A stretch of 32,000 nt of DNA from Wolbachia endosymbiont of Litomosoides sigmodontis (GTDB taxonomy: Bacteria; Pseudomonadota; Alphaproteobacteria; Rickettsiales; Anaplasmataceae): NCBI RefSeq assembly GCF_013365435.1, contig NZ_CP046577.1, forward strand, positions 30,001-62,000, given 5' to 3'. Shown in pieces: positions 19,747 through 30,426 of the stretch (position 1 is its first letter; each line of letters begins with the position of its first letter). Under the pieces are notes generated by a model. The model saw nothing but the letters and a program-made list of their open reading frames with translations, did not search any database and was not told where the DNA came from. The translations under genes were made by a program, and so were the position numbers.

Positions 19747-20107
19747 AAAGTTCAATAAGCAACTGATGCTGGTGTTAGCTAAAAAAGTGCCAGAATTTCA
19801 TCCTGGTGATGATTTGAAGATTACTTTTAAAATAGCTGACGGTGTAAGTGAGCGTATGCAGGTATTTGAAGGTGTATGTATATCAAAAAGAAATCGAGGA
19901 TTACATTCTTCTTTTGCAATTAGAAAAGTAAGTCATGGAGAAAGTATAGTATCTCAATTTTTTATTTACTCTCCTGCATTAGCTTCAGTCCAAGTAATAA
20001 GAAGAGGAAAGGTTCGTAGGGCAAAGTTATACTACTTATGTAAACTATTTGGAAAAGCTGCAAGGATAAAAGAGCGTGCTACTTACAAAAGCAATAGTTC
20101 TAAGTAG
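19730..20107 (+). CDS. rplS: 50S ribosomal protein L19
   Basis: 125 aa with [13 protein letters not shown] and [23 protein letters not shown]. Overlaps the trmD 3' end by 17 nt. Confidence 0.92.
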   Translation: MTNLLEKFNKQLMLVLAKKVPEFHPGDDLKITFKIADGVSERMQVFEGVCISKRNRGLHSSFAIRKVSHGESIVSQFFIYSPALASVQVIRRGKVRRAKLYYLCKLFGKAARIKERATYKSNSSK

Positions 20108-20173
20108 GAATGGAACATGGTGTTAATAACATTAATTCCAATGCGTGATATATAATTATAAGAGTATTTAAAT

Positions 20174-20461
20174 ATGATACGGCGTGATGTAATAAACGCT
20201 TTCATGAAAGCAGCTGACATTGGTATTCAGCTTTTTATGCAATCTTATCAAAGGCATTTATTTAGTATAAGATCAACCACTTTTTATACTCAACAAATCA
20301 GTTTACTTATAGATAAGCAAATTTTCTTGGATTTCAGTATCACGCATTGGAATAATACTGGCAATTATGTCTTGTATTTACTTTACCACAATGCGGAAGG
20401 TTTGTACAGTGTGAGTTTGACTAATAGGATTCTGGAAGAAAGAAATGGACTTCAGTATTAG
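20174..20461 (+). CDS. Hypothetical protein (orphan 95-codon ORF); coding status uncertain
   Basis: This is the only ORF of 60 codons or more in the rplS-pstA gap. I recognise no motif and see no transmembrane segment. Confidence 0.3.
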   Translation: MIRRDVINAFMKAADIGIQLFMQSYQRHLFSIRSTTFYTQQISLLIDKQIFLDFSITHWNNTGNYVLYLLYHNAEGLYSVSLTNRILEERNGLQY

Positions 20462-20509
20462 CTTGCATACATCATTACGCACTTGAACAACAAGAAAGGA
20501 CTAAAATAA

Positions 20510-21760
20510 ATGGGCATAAAGACAAAATTTCTTAAATTGCTTCAGTCTAGACGTGTGCATGCTCGTATCAAAAGGAAGAATAAAAAAGATAAGGCGTTAT
20601 GTTTTTGTTCTTTTATAACGCTAGTTATTTCGCTTGGCTGCCCTGTGTGTATATTACTGAGTATATTGATTAACTCTTATAGCGCCTTAACAGTAACAAA
20701 AATTCTATTACCAATTGAAATAAATACTGATTTTACCTTAGTAAATAATCTTAGCGATTTGCGGTATAAATCTATTAATTTGCTAAATAGTTCTTTACGA
20801 AAGATATTTGAGGGAACTGATTTCAAGAGTAGTGACGAGATTTTAAGTCGTAATTCTTATAAGGAGTTAGAGAATTTTGTTCGTAGGAAAGTAAAACATA
20901 GTGGTAAATACGAAGTCTGGTTTACCGCGTCAAGTATAACAAATTCAATAAACAAGGGTAAGTATTTTAACAATCATTATGCTGGGTTGCTTAATTGGCT
21001 AAAAGAACAAGGGAGAGTAGGAAAATTTTTTAATAAATCTTTATTTGTTGAGTCTGACTCTCGTGAACCTGAAAACGCGGGAATCTTGGGGGCATTTGTT
21101 GGTTCATTAATGACGATTATAGTATGCTTGGCTTTGGCGTTACCAGTGGGAATTATGTCGGGCATCTGTCTTCACGAATTTATGCCTAGGAATAGTATAA
21201 TCACTAATATTATGGAGGTTAGCATAAATAACCTTGCTGCAGTGCCTTCAATAATATTTGGTGTGGTAGGCTTAACTCTCTACCTTGGAATATTTGGACT
21301 ACCACGTTCTTCGCCACTTGTTGGGGGAATGACTCTTTCATTTATAATGTTACCTAATATTATAATTGCAACAAAAAATGCCTTTGCTAATGTTCCTATT
21401 ACAATAAAGGATGCAGCTTTTGCTCTTGGAGCGCCTCATATCAGGGTGATATTGGATCACTCTTTACCGATTGCCTTACCAAGGATAGTACATGGCACTG
21501 TGCTTGCAGTTGCAAGAGTTTTAGGTGAGTCTTCTCCTTTACTTATAATAGGTATGGTAGCATTTATCGCTGACACACCAAGATCCTTTTTTGACCCGGC
21601 AACTGTTCTTCCTGTACAAATATACATATGGTCAAGTAGTCCTGAAATCGCATTTGTAGAACTTGCTGCTATTGCAATTATAGCCTTGTTGATAATGTTA
21701 TTTGCTCTAAATTTAGTAGCAAATTTTGTAAAAAGAAAATTTGAATTTTTTAATTTTTAA
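20510..21760 (+). CDS. pstA: Phosphate ABC transporter permease (PstA type, long alphaproteobacterial form)
   Basis: 416 aa with ILGAFVGSL, INNLAAVPSIIFG and the EAA-like loop KDAAFALGAPHIRVILDHSLPIALPRI, resembling E. coli PstA. No pstS, pstC or pstB is adjacent. Confidence 0.75.
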   Translation: MGIKTKFLKLLQSRRVHARIKRKNKKDKALCFCSFITLVISLGCPVCILLSILINSYSALTVTKILLPIEINTDFTLVNNLSDLRYKSINLLNSSLRKIFEGTDFKSSDEILSRNSYKELENFVRRKVKHSGKYEVWFTASSITNSINKGKYFNNHYAGLLNWLKEQGRVGKFFNKSLFVESDSREPENAGILGAFVGSLMTIIVCLALALPVGIMSGICLHEFMPRNSIITNIMEVSINNLAAVPSIIFGVVGLTLYLGIFGLPRSSPLVGGMTLSFIMLPNIIIATKNAFANVPITIKDAAFALGAPHIRVILDHSLPIALPRIVHGTVLAVARVLGESSPLLIIGMVAFIADTPRSFFDPATVLPVQIYIWSSSPEIAFVELAAIAIIALLIMLFALNLVANFVKRKFEFFNF

Positions 21761-21763
21761 TTC

Positions 21764-22561
21764 ATGAAAATTACCGTTTTATCTGGTTATGGCTTAAATT
21801 GCGAAAAAGAAACTGCGTTTGCATTTGTAGAATGTGGTAGAAAATTTGGTATCAGCAATATAGAAGTAAGGATCATTCACATTAATGAAATTATAAAGAA
21901 TCCAGGTGAACTAAGGTTAAGTAATATACTTGCAATCCCAGGTGGTTTTTCCTACGGTGATGACACTGGTGCTGGTAATGCTTTTGCTTTGCGTATTAAG
22001 AACAACTTATTAGATACGTTTTGGGAGTTTTTATCTCAGGATAAGCTTATCATAGGAATATGTAACGGTTGTCAGATATTAGTGAAGTTAATCCCGGAAT
22101 TTTCTAACTTGGCCTTAACACGTAATGATATAGGTAATTATCAATGCCGTTGGATTAAAGTAAAAGTTAGTCCACAAAGTAATTCTGTTTGGTTACGTGA
22201 TCTAAATGAGTTATATCTTCCTATTGCTCATGGAGAAGGCAAGTTCTTTATGAATCAAGGTGTTTTAGATCAATTGATTGAAAATGATTTCGTTGCATTG
22301 CGTTACATCAATGGAAATGGTGACTATGCCAACTTGCAATTTCCTCATAATCCGAATGGATCTACATATGACCTAGCGGCTTTATCGGATAAAAGTGGTA
22401 GAGTATTAGCTTTAATGCCTCATCCAGAAAGGGGAATATTTTTTACTCAACAAGATAACTGGCCACTTGAAAAAGAAAAGTGCAAGCGCTTAGGGATTCC
22501 TATGCTAAAATATGGAGATGGAATGCGCATATTTGAAAATGCACTAAGGTATTTTTGTTAA
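21764..22561 (+). CDS. purQ: Phosphoribosylformylglycinamidine synthase, glutamine amidotransferase subunit (PurQ-like)
   Basis: 265 aa with PGGFSYGDD, the nucleophile elbow GICNGCQ, HGEGKF and MPHPER. Confidence 0.85.
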   Translation: MKITVLSGYGLNCEKETAFAFVECGRKFGISNIEVRIIHINEIIKNPGELRLSNILAIPGGFSYGDDTGAGNAFALRIKNNLLDTFWEFLSQDKLIIGICNGCQILVKLIPEFSNLALTRNDIGNYQCRWIKVKVSPQSNSVWLRDLNELYLPIAHGEGKFFMNQGVLDQLIENDFVALRYINGNGDYANLQFPHNPNGSTYDLAALSDKSGRVLALMPHPERGIFFTQQDNWPLEKEKCKRLGIPMLKYGDGMRIFENALRYFC

Positions 22562-22679
22562 AACTTATTGATAAGGATTTATGGTCAAGATTGAACAAAT
22601 ATTTCTTATCAGATCATTGGTAAGACTAAATTATTTTAGCTTAACGTTGTATTTATTTCCCCATGTGACACAGGAGTTA

Positions 22680-23763
22680 TACTAATTCTTATTGTTAATA
22701 TAGGTTAAATGAGTGACATTGTAGAGTTACTTAATTGTGGAGTAAGAAAGGAAAGTTAATAAATTTGCACAAAGCGCCCTTAAGTAAAGCAATTGTATTA
22801 TAGACTTTATTAAGTGAAATATTCTGTTTTATATATAATCATAGTCTTTCAGTAAGGTTGAGCTTAGGTGAATTGGTGGTAAGTATATAATCTTGATATT
22901 TTTAAGTACCTTTAAATTTTTTGATTTATACTAACTAGCATAGTCAATGACAAGAAAGGCTTTTCGTATTCTTAAATATTGTAACATTTGTTCAGAAAAT
23001 ATATTCATGTAATTAGTGTTGACATTCGGTGCAAGTAAGCTAAGCTCTCCATTTTTAGAATGGGCTGCACTGCAGAAATAAAAATTTTTGTCTACATAAT
23101 TTTACTTTAACTTGTGTTCTAACGCTATTTTTAAACCACCTGTGTCCAATTTTCAAATGTGTGCTAAACTGCAATTCATCAAAGATGAATAACTCTTGTT
23201 TAGGATGCTTATCAAAATTTTTTTTAAACTTTTCCTGTTTATCCTTGTTTTTTCATTGTAAATTGATCTTGGCGTAGTAGTACAAGAACTTCATTTTTTG
23301 CATATTATGGTATACTGTAGACTTACTGGCCATTCAAGGCAAAAGTTTTCCTGAATTTTTATTTCTCATTTCTTTAATGGTAATATTGGGATTTTCTTAT
23401 ATCTATACTTTGACTTGTTTAAATTAATTCTCTGATTCAATTTTATTTTTCTACAATGTTAAGGGGAGTAAATAATTTTACTTCTCTTATAAATTTTAGG
23501 TGCTTTTATTCATGTAGTTAGTGCTGTTCTTAAAATGCGACATATTTTTGCTACGGCTGTTGTGCTATGCTTTTTTGTTGCAATTACAGCATTTAGTTTT
23601 TTGCAACATATGCGTTATTTTACACTTTCTTCAGCATTTCTTTTACTGATTTCATGATTTTTTCATCCGATAATTTTGATTTTAATGCCATTTAAACTTT
23701 GCTATTTTACTTGTTTGAGTATGGCTTTTTTCCATTATTGTCTATCCATTCTCTATATAGTGG
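22680..23763 (-). mobile_element. Degenerate IS630-family insertion sequence remnant, copy 3
   Basis: Minus-strand translation from ~23192 gives LFIFDELQFSTHLKIGHRWFKNSVRTQVKVKL, and further on ILTTNSPKLNLTERL*LYIKQNI (compare LPPYSPELNPIERLW.YIK). It is interrupted by many stops and aligns with copies 1, 2 and 4. Confidence 0.72.
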
Positions 23764-23847
23764 GAATTTATATTAAGCTGAACGGGGATATATCTGTTAG
23801 TAATGTAGTAGAAGAAATGGGATATAGCTTATAAAAACTAACGTTTC

Positions 23848-24414
23848 CTAATTTTGTAGAAGATTCATAATATTTTTATAATGTTTGCAAAAAATTAATA
23901 TTGCTAAAATTAATAGTGTGAAAAATAAGTCTTTTTGAAGAAAGAAAGATGCTAACACGGTAGCTATAGTAGAAGTCAAAGAGGCAATAGAGGAGTATCG
24001 AAAAGCAAAAAATGCTGTTAACCAAACAAATACAAATGATAATACTAAATAGATGTTAAGTGCTATCAAAATTCCCAAAGTTGTTGCAACTCCTTTTCCT
24101 CCGCTGAACTTCAACCATATAGGAAACATGTGTCCTAAAACTGCTAAAATTGCAGATACATATATGTAAAAATCACCATTATCAAAAAGTTGTTGTGCTA
24201 TATAAACTGCAATAAACCCTTTTAAAGAATCTAGAAATAATGCTAAGACAGCAAGACACTTATTTCCTGTTCTTGCAACGTTTGTAGCGCCAATATTTCC
24301 TGAACCTACTTCTCTTAAATTTATTCCTTTTATTTTTGTAATAAGTAAACTAAATGGTATTGAACCTAGTATGTAGGATAATATAAAAACTATATGTTTT
24401 CCCATTATATCCAT
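23848..24414 (-). CDS. plsY: Glycerol-3-phosphate acyltransferase PlsY
   Basis: 188-aa membrane protein with GSIPFSLL, GSGNIGATNVAR and FSGGKGVAT. Confidence 0.9.
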   Translation of the reverse strand: MDIMGKHIVFILSYILGSIPFSLLITKIKGINLREVGSGNIGATNVARTGNKCLAVLALFLDSLKGFIAVYIAQQLFDNGDFYIYVSAILAVLGHMFPIWLKFSGGKGVATTLGILIALNIYLVLSFVFVWLTAFFAFRYSSIASLTSTIATVLASFFLQKDLFFTLLILAILIFCKHYKNIMNLLQN

Positions 24415-24630
24415 ACTTTTAGTGTTATTTTAGCGTGTGAAGTATAAACCGTGCAAGTGTGTTGTAGCTTCTTAAGAATGGTCTTACCAAAGAAAATGTT
24501 ACCATAAGATGGTGGAACTTAATTGCAAATAAGTACATCAGAGAGCTTATAGTATTATGTATTAGAATTGACATCAAAGATCGGCATCCTCATTTATTTT
24601 TTTCGTTTAACTGATATTTACATCAAGAAC

Positions 24631-26097
24631 TTAATAGATTTTATTATTTCTTAGCCTTTTTAAGTAATATTGAACTTCATCACTAATTTGACTGCTAAAC
24701 AGTATAAGTGCTGTCATGTTAATAAGAGCTAAGCAAGAGAATAAAGTTCCACCGATATTAGCAATAGTCATTATATCTTTAGATAAACCTGAGAGAAATG
24801 CAATCACTACTACCGCTATGCGATATATTACAACACTTTTTGAACCAAATAAATATAGCCATCCCATTTCACAACAATATACAAACGAAATTACCGAAGA
24901 AAACGCAAACAAAGGCGCAGCTATAGTTAATAGTATAGGAAACCAAGGAGAAACTGTTTCAAATGCTCTTTGAGTAATCAATATTCCTTCACCAATGCCA
25001 GTCTGGTACGCACCTGTTATCACTATTGTTATTCCTGTTAAACAACAAATTAACATTGTATCAAAGCATGGTTCTATCATCGCAACTAGTCCAGTTCTAA
25101 CTGGCTCCTCATCTCTAGCTACTGCATGAGTAATTGAAGCGGAGCCAACACCTGCTTCACTGGCAAAAATTGCCCTTTGAACTCCAGCAACAAATGCCCC
25201 TACTATTCCTCCATCGACGGCATTGAGGTCTATCATATTGGAAAATAATATTTTAAGTGCATTGCCAAGGTTATGAATATTAAACGTAATTATCGTGATA
25301 CAACTAAAAACATATATAAGTGACATAACAGGCACTAGCGCAGAAGATATTCTCGCTATTCTTCCAATTCCCCCAATAATCACTAGAGCAAGCAACGCAG
25401 AGATTATAGAAGATAGAAACCAAGGATGACTATCTACCCAATTTGAATAGCCAGATAACATTGAAACCATTTGATTGGTTTGAAATGCTACACTACCACC
25501 CAGACCTGACAATACAAAAAACACTGCATATACGGCAGCTAAGACAATACCAAGTTTCTTAAACCCAAATTCTTCTAAACCATTTCTTATGTATTGAAAA
25601 GGACCACTAAATAACTGTTCTTGGCCTTTTGTTCTGTGCCTGAATGCTAAAGTCACTTCAGCGAATTTGGCTGACATACCAAAAAAACCTGTAATCATCA
25701 TCCAAGGTACTGCTCCTGGCCCTCCCATTGAAACTGCAATTGCGACACCAGCAACAGTTCCAAGACCTACCGTGCTTGAAAGTGCAGTGACAAATGCCTG
25801 AAAATGCGTAATGTGACCATTATGATGATCTGTACCATATTTTCCACATAAAATAGCGAACGCATGTTTAAACATCTTTATGTTGAGAAATTTAAAACGC
25901 AATGTTAAAAAGATATAACCAAAAGCTACTAGAAGAATTATAAATGGCACGTAGAAAATTTTAAAAAACAGCACTTCATTCATGAAGTTGTTTATTCCAT
26001 TTAATATAGCGTCGTAGCTCTCATAAAAACCTGAAGTAGCGTATGCATCATTAAACAATAGGCAAAATAATACTATATAAAGCAATCTATAAATCAT
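24631..26097 (-). CDS. Sodium:alanine (amino acid) symporter, AGCS family
   Basis: 488-aa polytopic protein with GHITHFQAFVTALSSTVGLGTVAGVA, GGPGAVPWMM and FASEAGVGSASITHA, all typical of AGCS carriers. Confidence 0.85.
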   Translation of the reverse strand: MIYRLLYIVLFCLLFNDAYATSGFYESYDAILNGINNFMNEVLFFKIFYVPFIILLVAFGYIFLTLRFKFLNIKMFKHAFAILCGKYGTDHHNGHITHFQAFVTALSSTVGLGTVAGVAIAVSMGGPGAVPWMMITGFFGMSAKFAEVTLAFRHRTKGQEQLFSGPFQYIRNGLEEFGFKKLGIVLAAVYAVFFVLSGLGGSVAFQTNQMVSMLSGYSNWVDSHPWFLSSIISALLALVIIGGIGRIARISSALVPVMSLIYVFSCITIITFNIHNLGNALKILFSNMIDLNAVDGGIVGAFVAGVQRAIFASEAGVGSASITHAVARDEEPVRTGLVAMIEPCFDTMLICCLTGITIVITGAYQTGIGEGILITQRAFETVSPWFPILLTIAAPLFAFSSVISFVYCCEMGWLYLFGSKSVVIYRIAVVVIAFLSGLSKDIMTIANIGGTLFSCLALINMTALILFSSQISDEVQYYLKRLRNNKIY

Positions 26098-26099
26098 GT

Positions 26100-27426
26100 T
26101 TAATACCCTTTAGAATTGTAATAAGAATCTATTGTATTTAAGACTTCTCTTCTCAGTAGATATATTGCAACAGCATTTGGAACCATAAGGCACATAAATA
26201 GACTGTTGCCTGAATAAGATGTAAATTCTATATTTTTCAACATACAACTAATATATACCAAAATTGCTATGAAAACTTGGAGCAATATCAGTACTTTTTT
26301 GTTACCAAATAAGTACAATAAGATAACTTCGTAGTAGTAATAGTAAGATATTTTTGTGGAAAACGCAAGGAGAAACATTATTAAAGGAAGAACTAGCCTG
26401 CTGAATAAAGGCAAGACTATTGAAAATACTTGAGCTAACCAATGTAATATCGCTTGCGTTGTTAAGTGCAATGCATACTAGTGATAATTATCACAATATC
26501 AGTCAAAAATGAGACTAGTATTATGTCTAAGAGCGATGCAATCATTATAACACTCACAACTTTAATTTGATCTTTTACAGCTAAATGTACTGTGGTTGTT
26601 GTTTATGTGCCCCCTACCTCGTTAGCAAAGATAGATCTTCTCGCTCTTTAATTCACTCAATATCTCACCTCTTATAGCTGACCTACTAAAGATGGCTTGA
26701 AATATTGTAAACAAAATATCCAGTAGATTATTTTTGTTGACACAGATTAAATGTATATACGCGCTACATATAACACTATCATAGTCGGCATAAACCTGTT
26801 GCAACAAAAATAATGTGTTTTATTCCTTCCGGTATTACAATTAAAATAAGCTGTGATATAATGACAGGTATATTGTATTCAAAGAGCTTATTCACAATAA
26901 CGCTGCAATTTGATTTGTATGAAATGGTATATCACTAAAAGTTAGTGCAACAAGCAATATAATTGCGTAAGTGCATGAGAAAAATCTGCCAATTCTTATA
27001 AATTCAATCTTTGCAATTTCGTACTTCATATAATAAGAACCTCACCAGTTGTCTTTTCAGGCGATAACTAAATGCAAGCGCTACTTCAATAAACTTTATC
27101 GACATGCCAAGATATTCCGGTAATTATCATTCAAAAAATTGAATTAAGGTCCCTACTGTAATGGCTATTACAATTCCTGATATCGTAGCCAACCTTTTCT
27201 GAAATTACCGTTGTAAATGCTTGGATATGAGTGATTATGCCATCGTTATGATTACATTCTAGGTTGAGTAGCGTTTGTATTCTATGCTTGAATAGGCTAA
27301 AGTTAGTAAACCTAAATTGTGCAAAAGAACTCCAGTTGTAATTATCCATATGATTATAAATGAAATGAGGAATACCTTTACGTGTAGAAGTGAATTTGAT
27401 AATTCACTTATTATTTTTACAAGCAT
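26100..27426 (-). pseudogene. Decayed tandem paralog of the adjacent AGCS symporter
   Basis: Fragments in several frames are colinear with the intact gene:
- MLVKIISELSNSLLHVKVFLISFIIIW... (from the ATG at 27426).
- DGIITHIQAFTTVISEKVG, compared with NGHITHFQAFVTALSSTVG.
- MIITG..., compared with MMITGFFGMS.
- LYLFGNKKVLILLQVF...SLFMCLMVPNAVAIYLL, compared with LYLFGSKSVVIYRIAV...TLFSCLALINMTALILF.
Many stops. Tracked ORFs 26100-26471, 26622-26807 and 27131-27349 are pieces of it. Confidence 0.8.
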
Positions 27427-27453
27427 GTTACCCACTACTTTTTATATCTATAG

Positions 27454-28224
27454 CTAACGAGTCTTATACGTGTAGTATATATAAAGTCCGGTGCTTATTG
27501 GAATAGTAAGAGTATACACTATACCTAAAATTGGTAGAGTGATCCAGGGTTTACTGACGAAGAATACGATAAATACTCCAAAAAGTGATATAAATATATA
27601 AGACAGGCTTCTGGGAATGTAAATGTACTTTGCAGAGAAAGTTGGAATATGACTGACTGAAAAAAACGAAATAGTCAAAAAGTAACAAGTCATATTCTTT
27701 ACGTTAAAAAGTTGTTCTATAAGAAGTAGATACTCACTTTCTTGAGAATGAAAGGTAACAATTATTGGCAATAAAGAAAGTAAAGCACATATTGGTGCTG
27801 GAACTCCAGAAAAGAAAAATTTTTCCCAGTTAAGTTGTTCTACGTTTAATGACACATTAAACCTTGCAAGCCTTATTGAGATACAGATTACATATATCAT
27901 CACTAATATCCAGCCTATAACTTTAATTTCCTTTAATTTCCAAAAATATAAAAGAAATGCAGGTGCTGTTCCAAAATTTAGAAAATCTGCAAAAGAATCA
28001 AGCTGCGCTCCAAAATCACTAGTTGATTTTAGAATTCTGGCTATTCTGCCGTCCATTCCATCTATAATTGCTGCAATAATAATAAAAATTACTGCAAACT
28101 CCCACTGTTCATTAAATGTAAACTTAAGCGAAGTAAGGCCAGAACACAAACCCAATAAAGTTATAAAATTTGGGAATAATTTAGCAATAGGTAGAGATCT
28201 ACTGTTACTGCTATTGTTGCTCAT
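27454..28224 (-). CDS. pssA: CDP-diacylglycerol--serine O-phosphatidyltransferase
   Basis: 256 aa with the CDP-alcohol phosphatidyltransferase motif [32 protein letters not shown] 4-nt overlap with psd upstream. Confidence 0.9.
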   Translation of the reverse strand: MSNNSSNSRSLPIAKLFPNFITLLGLCSGLTSLKFTFNEQWEFAVIFIIIAAIIDGMDGRIARILKSTSDFGAQLDSFADFLNFGTAPAFLLYFWKLKEIKVIGWILVMIYVICISIRLARFNVSLNVEQLNWEKFFFSGVPAPICALLSLLPIIVTFHSQESEYLLLIEQLFNVKNMTCYFLTISFFSVSHIPTFSAKYIYIPRSLSYIFISLFGVFIVFFVSKPWITLPILGIVYTLTIPISTGLYIYYTYKTR

Positions 28225-28913
28225 ATAATGTCAAAAATAAGCTTTTCTTGAGCATTTTCCTTATTCAGGTTTGCTATAATTGTTTCACCACCAACAACAG
28301 TTTGCCCTTCTGAAACTCTTATTTCTATATCAGTAGGAACGTAAATGTTCACTCTACTGCCAAATCTTATAATTCCAAATCTTTCACCTGCTTTGACGCT
28401 TTGAGATACTCTTAAATTACAAACGATACGACGTGCAATTAATCCGGCTATTTGTTCTATAATAATCTCTTTTCCCTTTGTGTATTCAATTACAATAACC
28501 TGCCTTTCATTTTCATTGCCAGATCTATTGCTCATTGCAGACACGAACTTACCTTTTTTATAGTACATTTCCTTTACTGTACCAGATATTGGTATGCGAT
28601 TCACATGTACGTTCAAAATGCTCAAGAATATGCTAACAAGTGTAAACTTTTTCTCTTCTCCATTGTCTATTGACAAAGGATAATTAACTTCTTCAATTTT
28701 TGAAATTATACCATCGGCAGGACTTAGTACAAGATCCTTGTTGCTTGGTATAATCCTTGCTGGATCACGAAAGAAATAAGTGCACAATAATGTTGGAAAC
28801 AAGCATGTAACACCAAATCCCCAAGATATAGAGAATGCTATGCATGTCACTATAAAAGAAACTACTATAAATAGATAACCTCCCCTATTTATACTAGGTA
28901 AACTAAAACACAT
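28221..28913 (-). CDS. psd: Phosphatidylserine decarboxylase proenzyme (short type)
   Basis: 230 aa with [21 protein letters not shown] and the self-cleavage region [14 protein letters not shown]. Confidence 0.9.
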   Translation of the reverse strand: MCFSLPSINRGGYLFIVVSFIVTCIAFSISWGFGVTCLFPTLLCTYFFRDPARIIPSNKDLVLSPADGIISKIEEVNYPLSIDNGEEKKFTLVSIFLSILNVHVNRIPISGTVKEMYYKKGKFVSAMSNRSGNENERQVIVIEYTKGKEIIIEQIAGLIARRIVCNLRVSQSVKAGERFGIIRFGSRVNIYVPTDIEIRVSEGQTVVGGETIIANLNKENAQEKLIFDII

Positions 28914-29152
28914 AATCTTGTTGATAATAATCTATTATTAATAATTTATCATCTATCACTCTTGATGAAAAGCTTTTTTTAAAATATATGCTACTTTAAT
29001 AAAATCTTTTTGGTATAAAGATAACATTAAAAATTGCCATATTATAGTTAAACGATTTGATAAATCATTATTCCACAATGGAATTCATGCTAAGTCTGTA
29101 GGGTATTATAAATGTGCTACAACAACTCACCAGGTACAAGTTTTAGCTAAAA

Positions 29153-30190
29153 TTAAAAAATTTCTTCTTCTAAAGAAACCAGCTTCTTTTCGTCTCTATT
29201 TATGATGAAATCACCACTATTTTCAGGTAAGTCTCTGATTTTTGCTTTTACTTCATTTGTAACTTCTTTGTTTGATTTGAAATGATTTTTTATATTCTCT
29301 GTTCTTTTCAAGGTGTGTGTTGTTATAGTAATAATAAGCGTCAGCTTTTTCAAGGACACCCTAAGTTTTGCTCCTATATCTATTATTTCTCCAAGTTTCG
29401 GTATGCCTTTATTATGTATTATATCAAATTTTGCTTCTCTAAACAAAGAGATGCCTTGTTTTTTTATAACCTTCACTCTTGTTTCATTGCCTGTAATATT
29501 CTCTTTACCTTTTATTGTACTAACCTTTCTTATATCAAGTCTTACAGAAGAATAGAATTTTAACGTATTTCCATCCGTAGTAGTTTTAGAATTTTTGCAT
29601 GCCATACTTATCTTCACACGAATTTGATTGATAAATATCAGTATATAATTTGCTTTTTAATTACGGAGGTGAGCTTTTGTAGTCCATAACTTAAAAGTCT
29701 TGCTTGTAATCTTGTGTACTGATCACTCATGTTTCTTTAATTTTAGCTATTGGAGTTAATGCTGCAACAGAGTCAGCAACTATTACATCAACTGCTCTAG
29801 AACACACTAAATACTCAACGATATGCAAAGCTTGCTCTTTTCAGAGTTAGAGGTTGCGAACTTATTAAGTAACTGGTGTTTGTTCTAAATTTACAACATA
29901 TATGATATTTAATGCATGTTCTGTATTAATAAATGTACACAGCCCATCTTTATTTTCTGTGCTTTAGCAATTATATGCAAAGCAAAAGTGGTCTTATCAG
30001 AACTTTTTAGACCAAATATTTTAACCATACGTCCTTTAAGCAGTTCCCAACACTTATGACTAAATCAAATGCAATTCAATTAATTCTGTAAATGCCATAT
30101 CTATTTTCTCTATATGATTTTGCTTCAGCTTTATTATTGCATTTTTACTGAATGCTTTTTGCTTATCATTATTTTTTTTAGATTGCTTGC
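29153..30190 (-). pseudogene. recA: recA pseudogene: full-length footprint with multiple frameshifts and in-frame stops
   Basis: Minus-strand pieces in different frames are colinear with RecA:
- NNDKQKAFSKNAIIKLKQNHIEKIDMA
- LKGRMVKIFGLKSSDKTTFALHIIAKAQK
- TFINTEHALNIIYVVNLEQTPVT**
- [36 protein letters not shown]
- SDQYTRLQARLLSYGLQKLTSVIKKQIIY*
- LIFINQIRVKISMACKNSKTTTDGNTLKFYSSVRLDIRK...
Only the last piece survives as an ORF (29153-29617). The upstream boundary is approximate. Confidence 0.88.
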
Positions 30191-30426
30191 TATAGATTAT
30201 TTGTGAATTTGTTTTATTTTTATGATAATCTAACGTGAATGACTTGCCAAGACATTTCTAATGTTCATATATTATTTGGCGAAAAAAAATAATATTTTGA
30301 AGAGATAAGTTATATGATTTAAAAGGTATGGCACATACTGTTTTAAATGCAGAACCTTGCAACATAGCTGACTTTGTTAGTTGTATACCCAATTATGTTA
30401 AGATAGGAAATTAGATAAACTTTGCA

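Noticed and set aside
26100-27349. ORFs 26100-26471, 26622-26807 and 27131-27349 as separate hypothetical genes
   Set aside because: Each aligns with a different part of the neighbouring intact AGCS symporter, so they are fragments of one decayed paralog.
29153-29617. 154-codon ORF that could be annotated as a small hypothetical or truncated RecA protein
   Set aside because: It is only the C-terminal fragment of the recA pseudogene. It has a non-native start, lacks the ATPase core and has mutated conserved residues. It is reported as part of the pseudogene instead.
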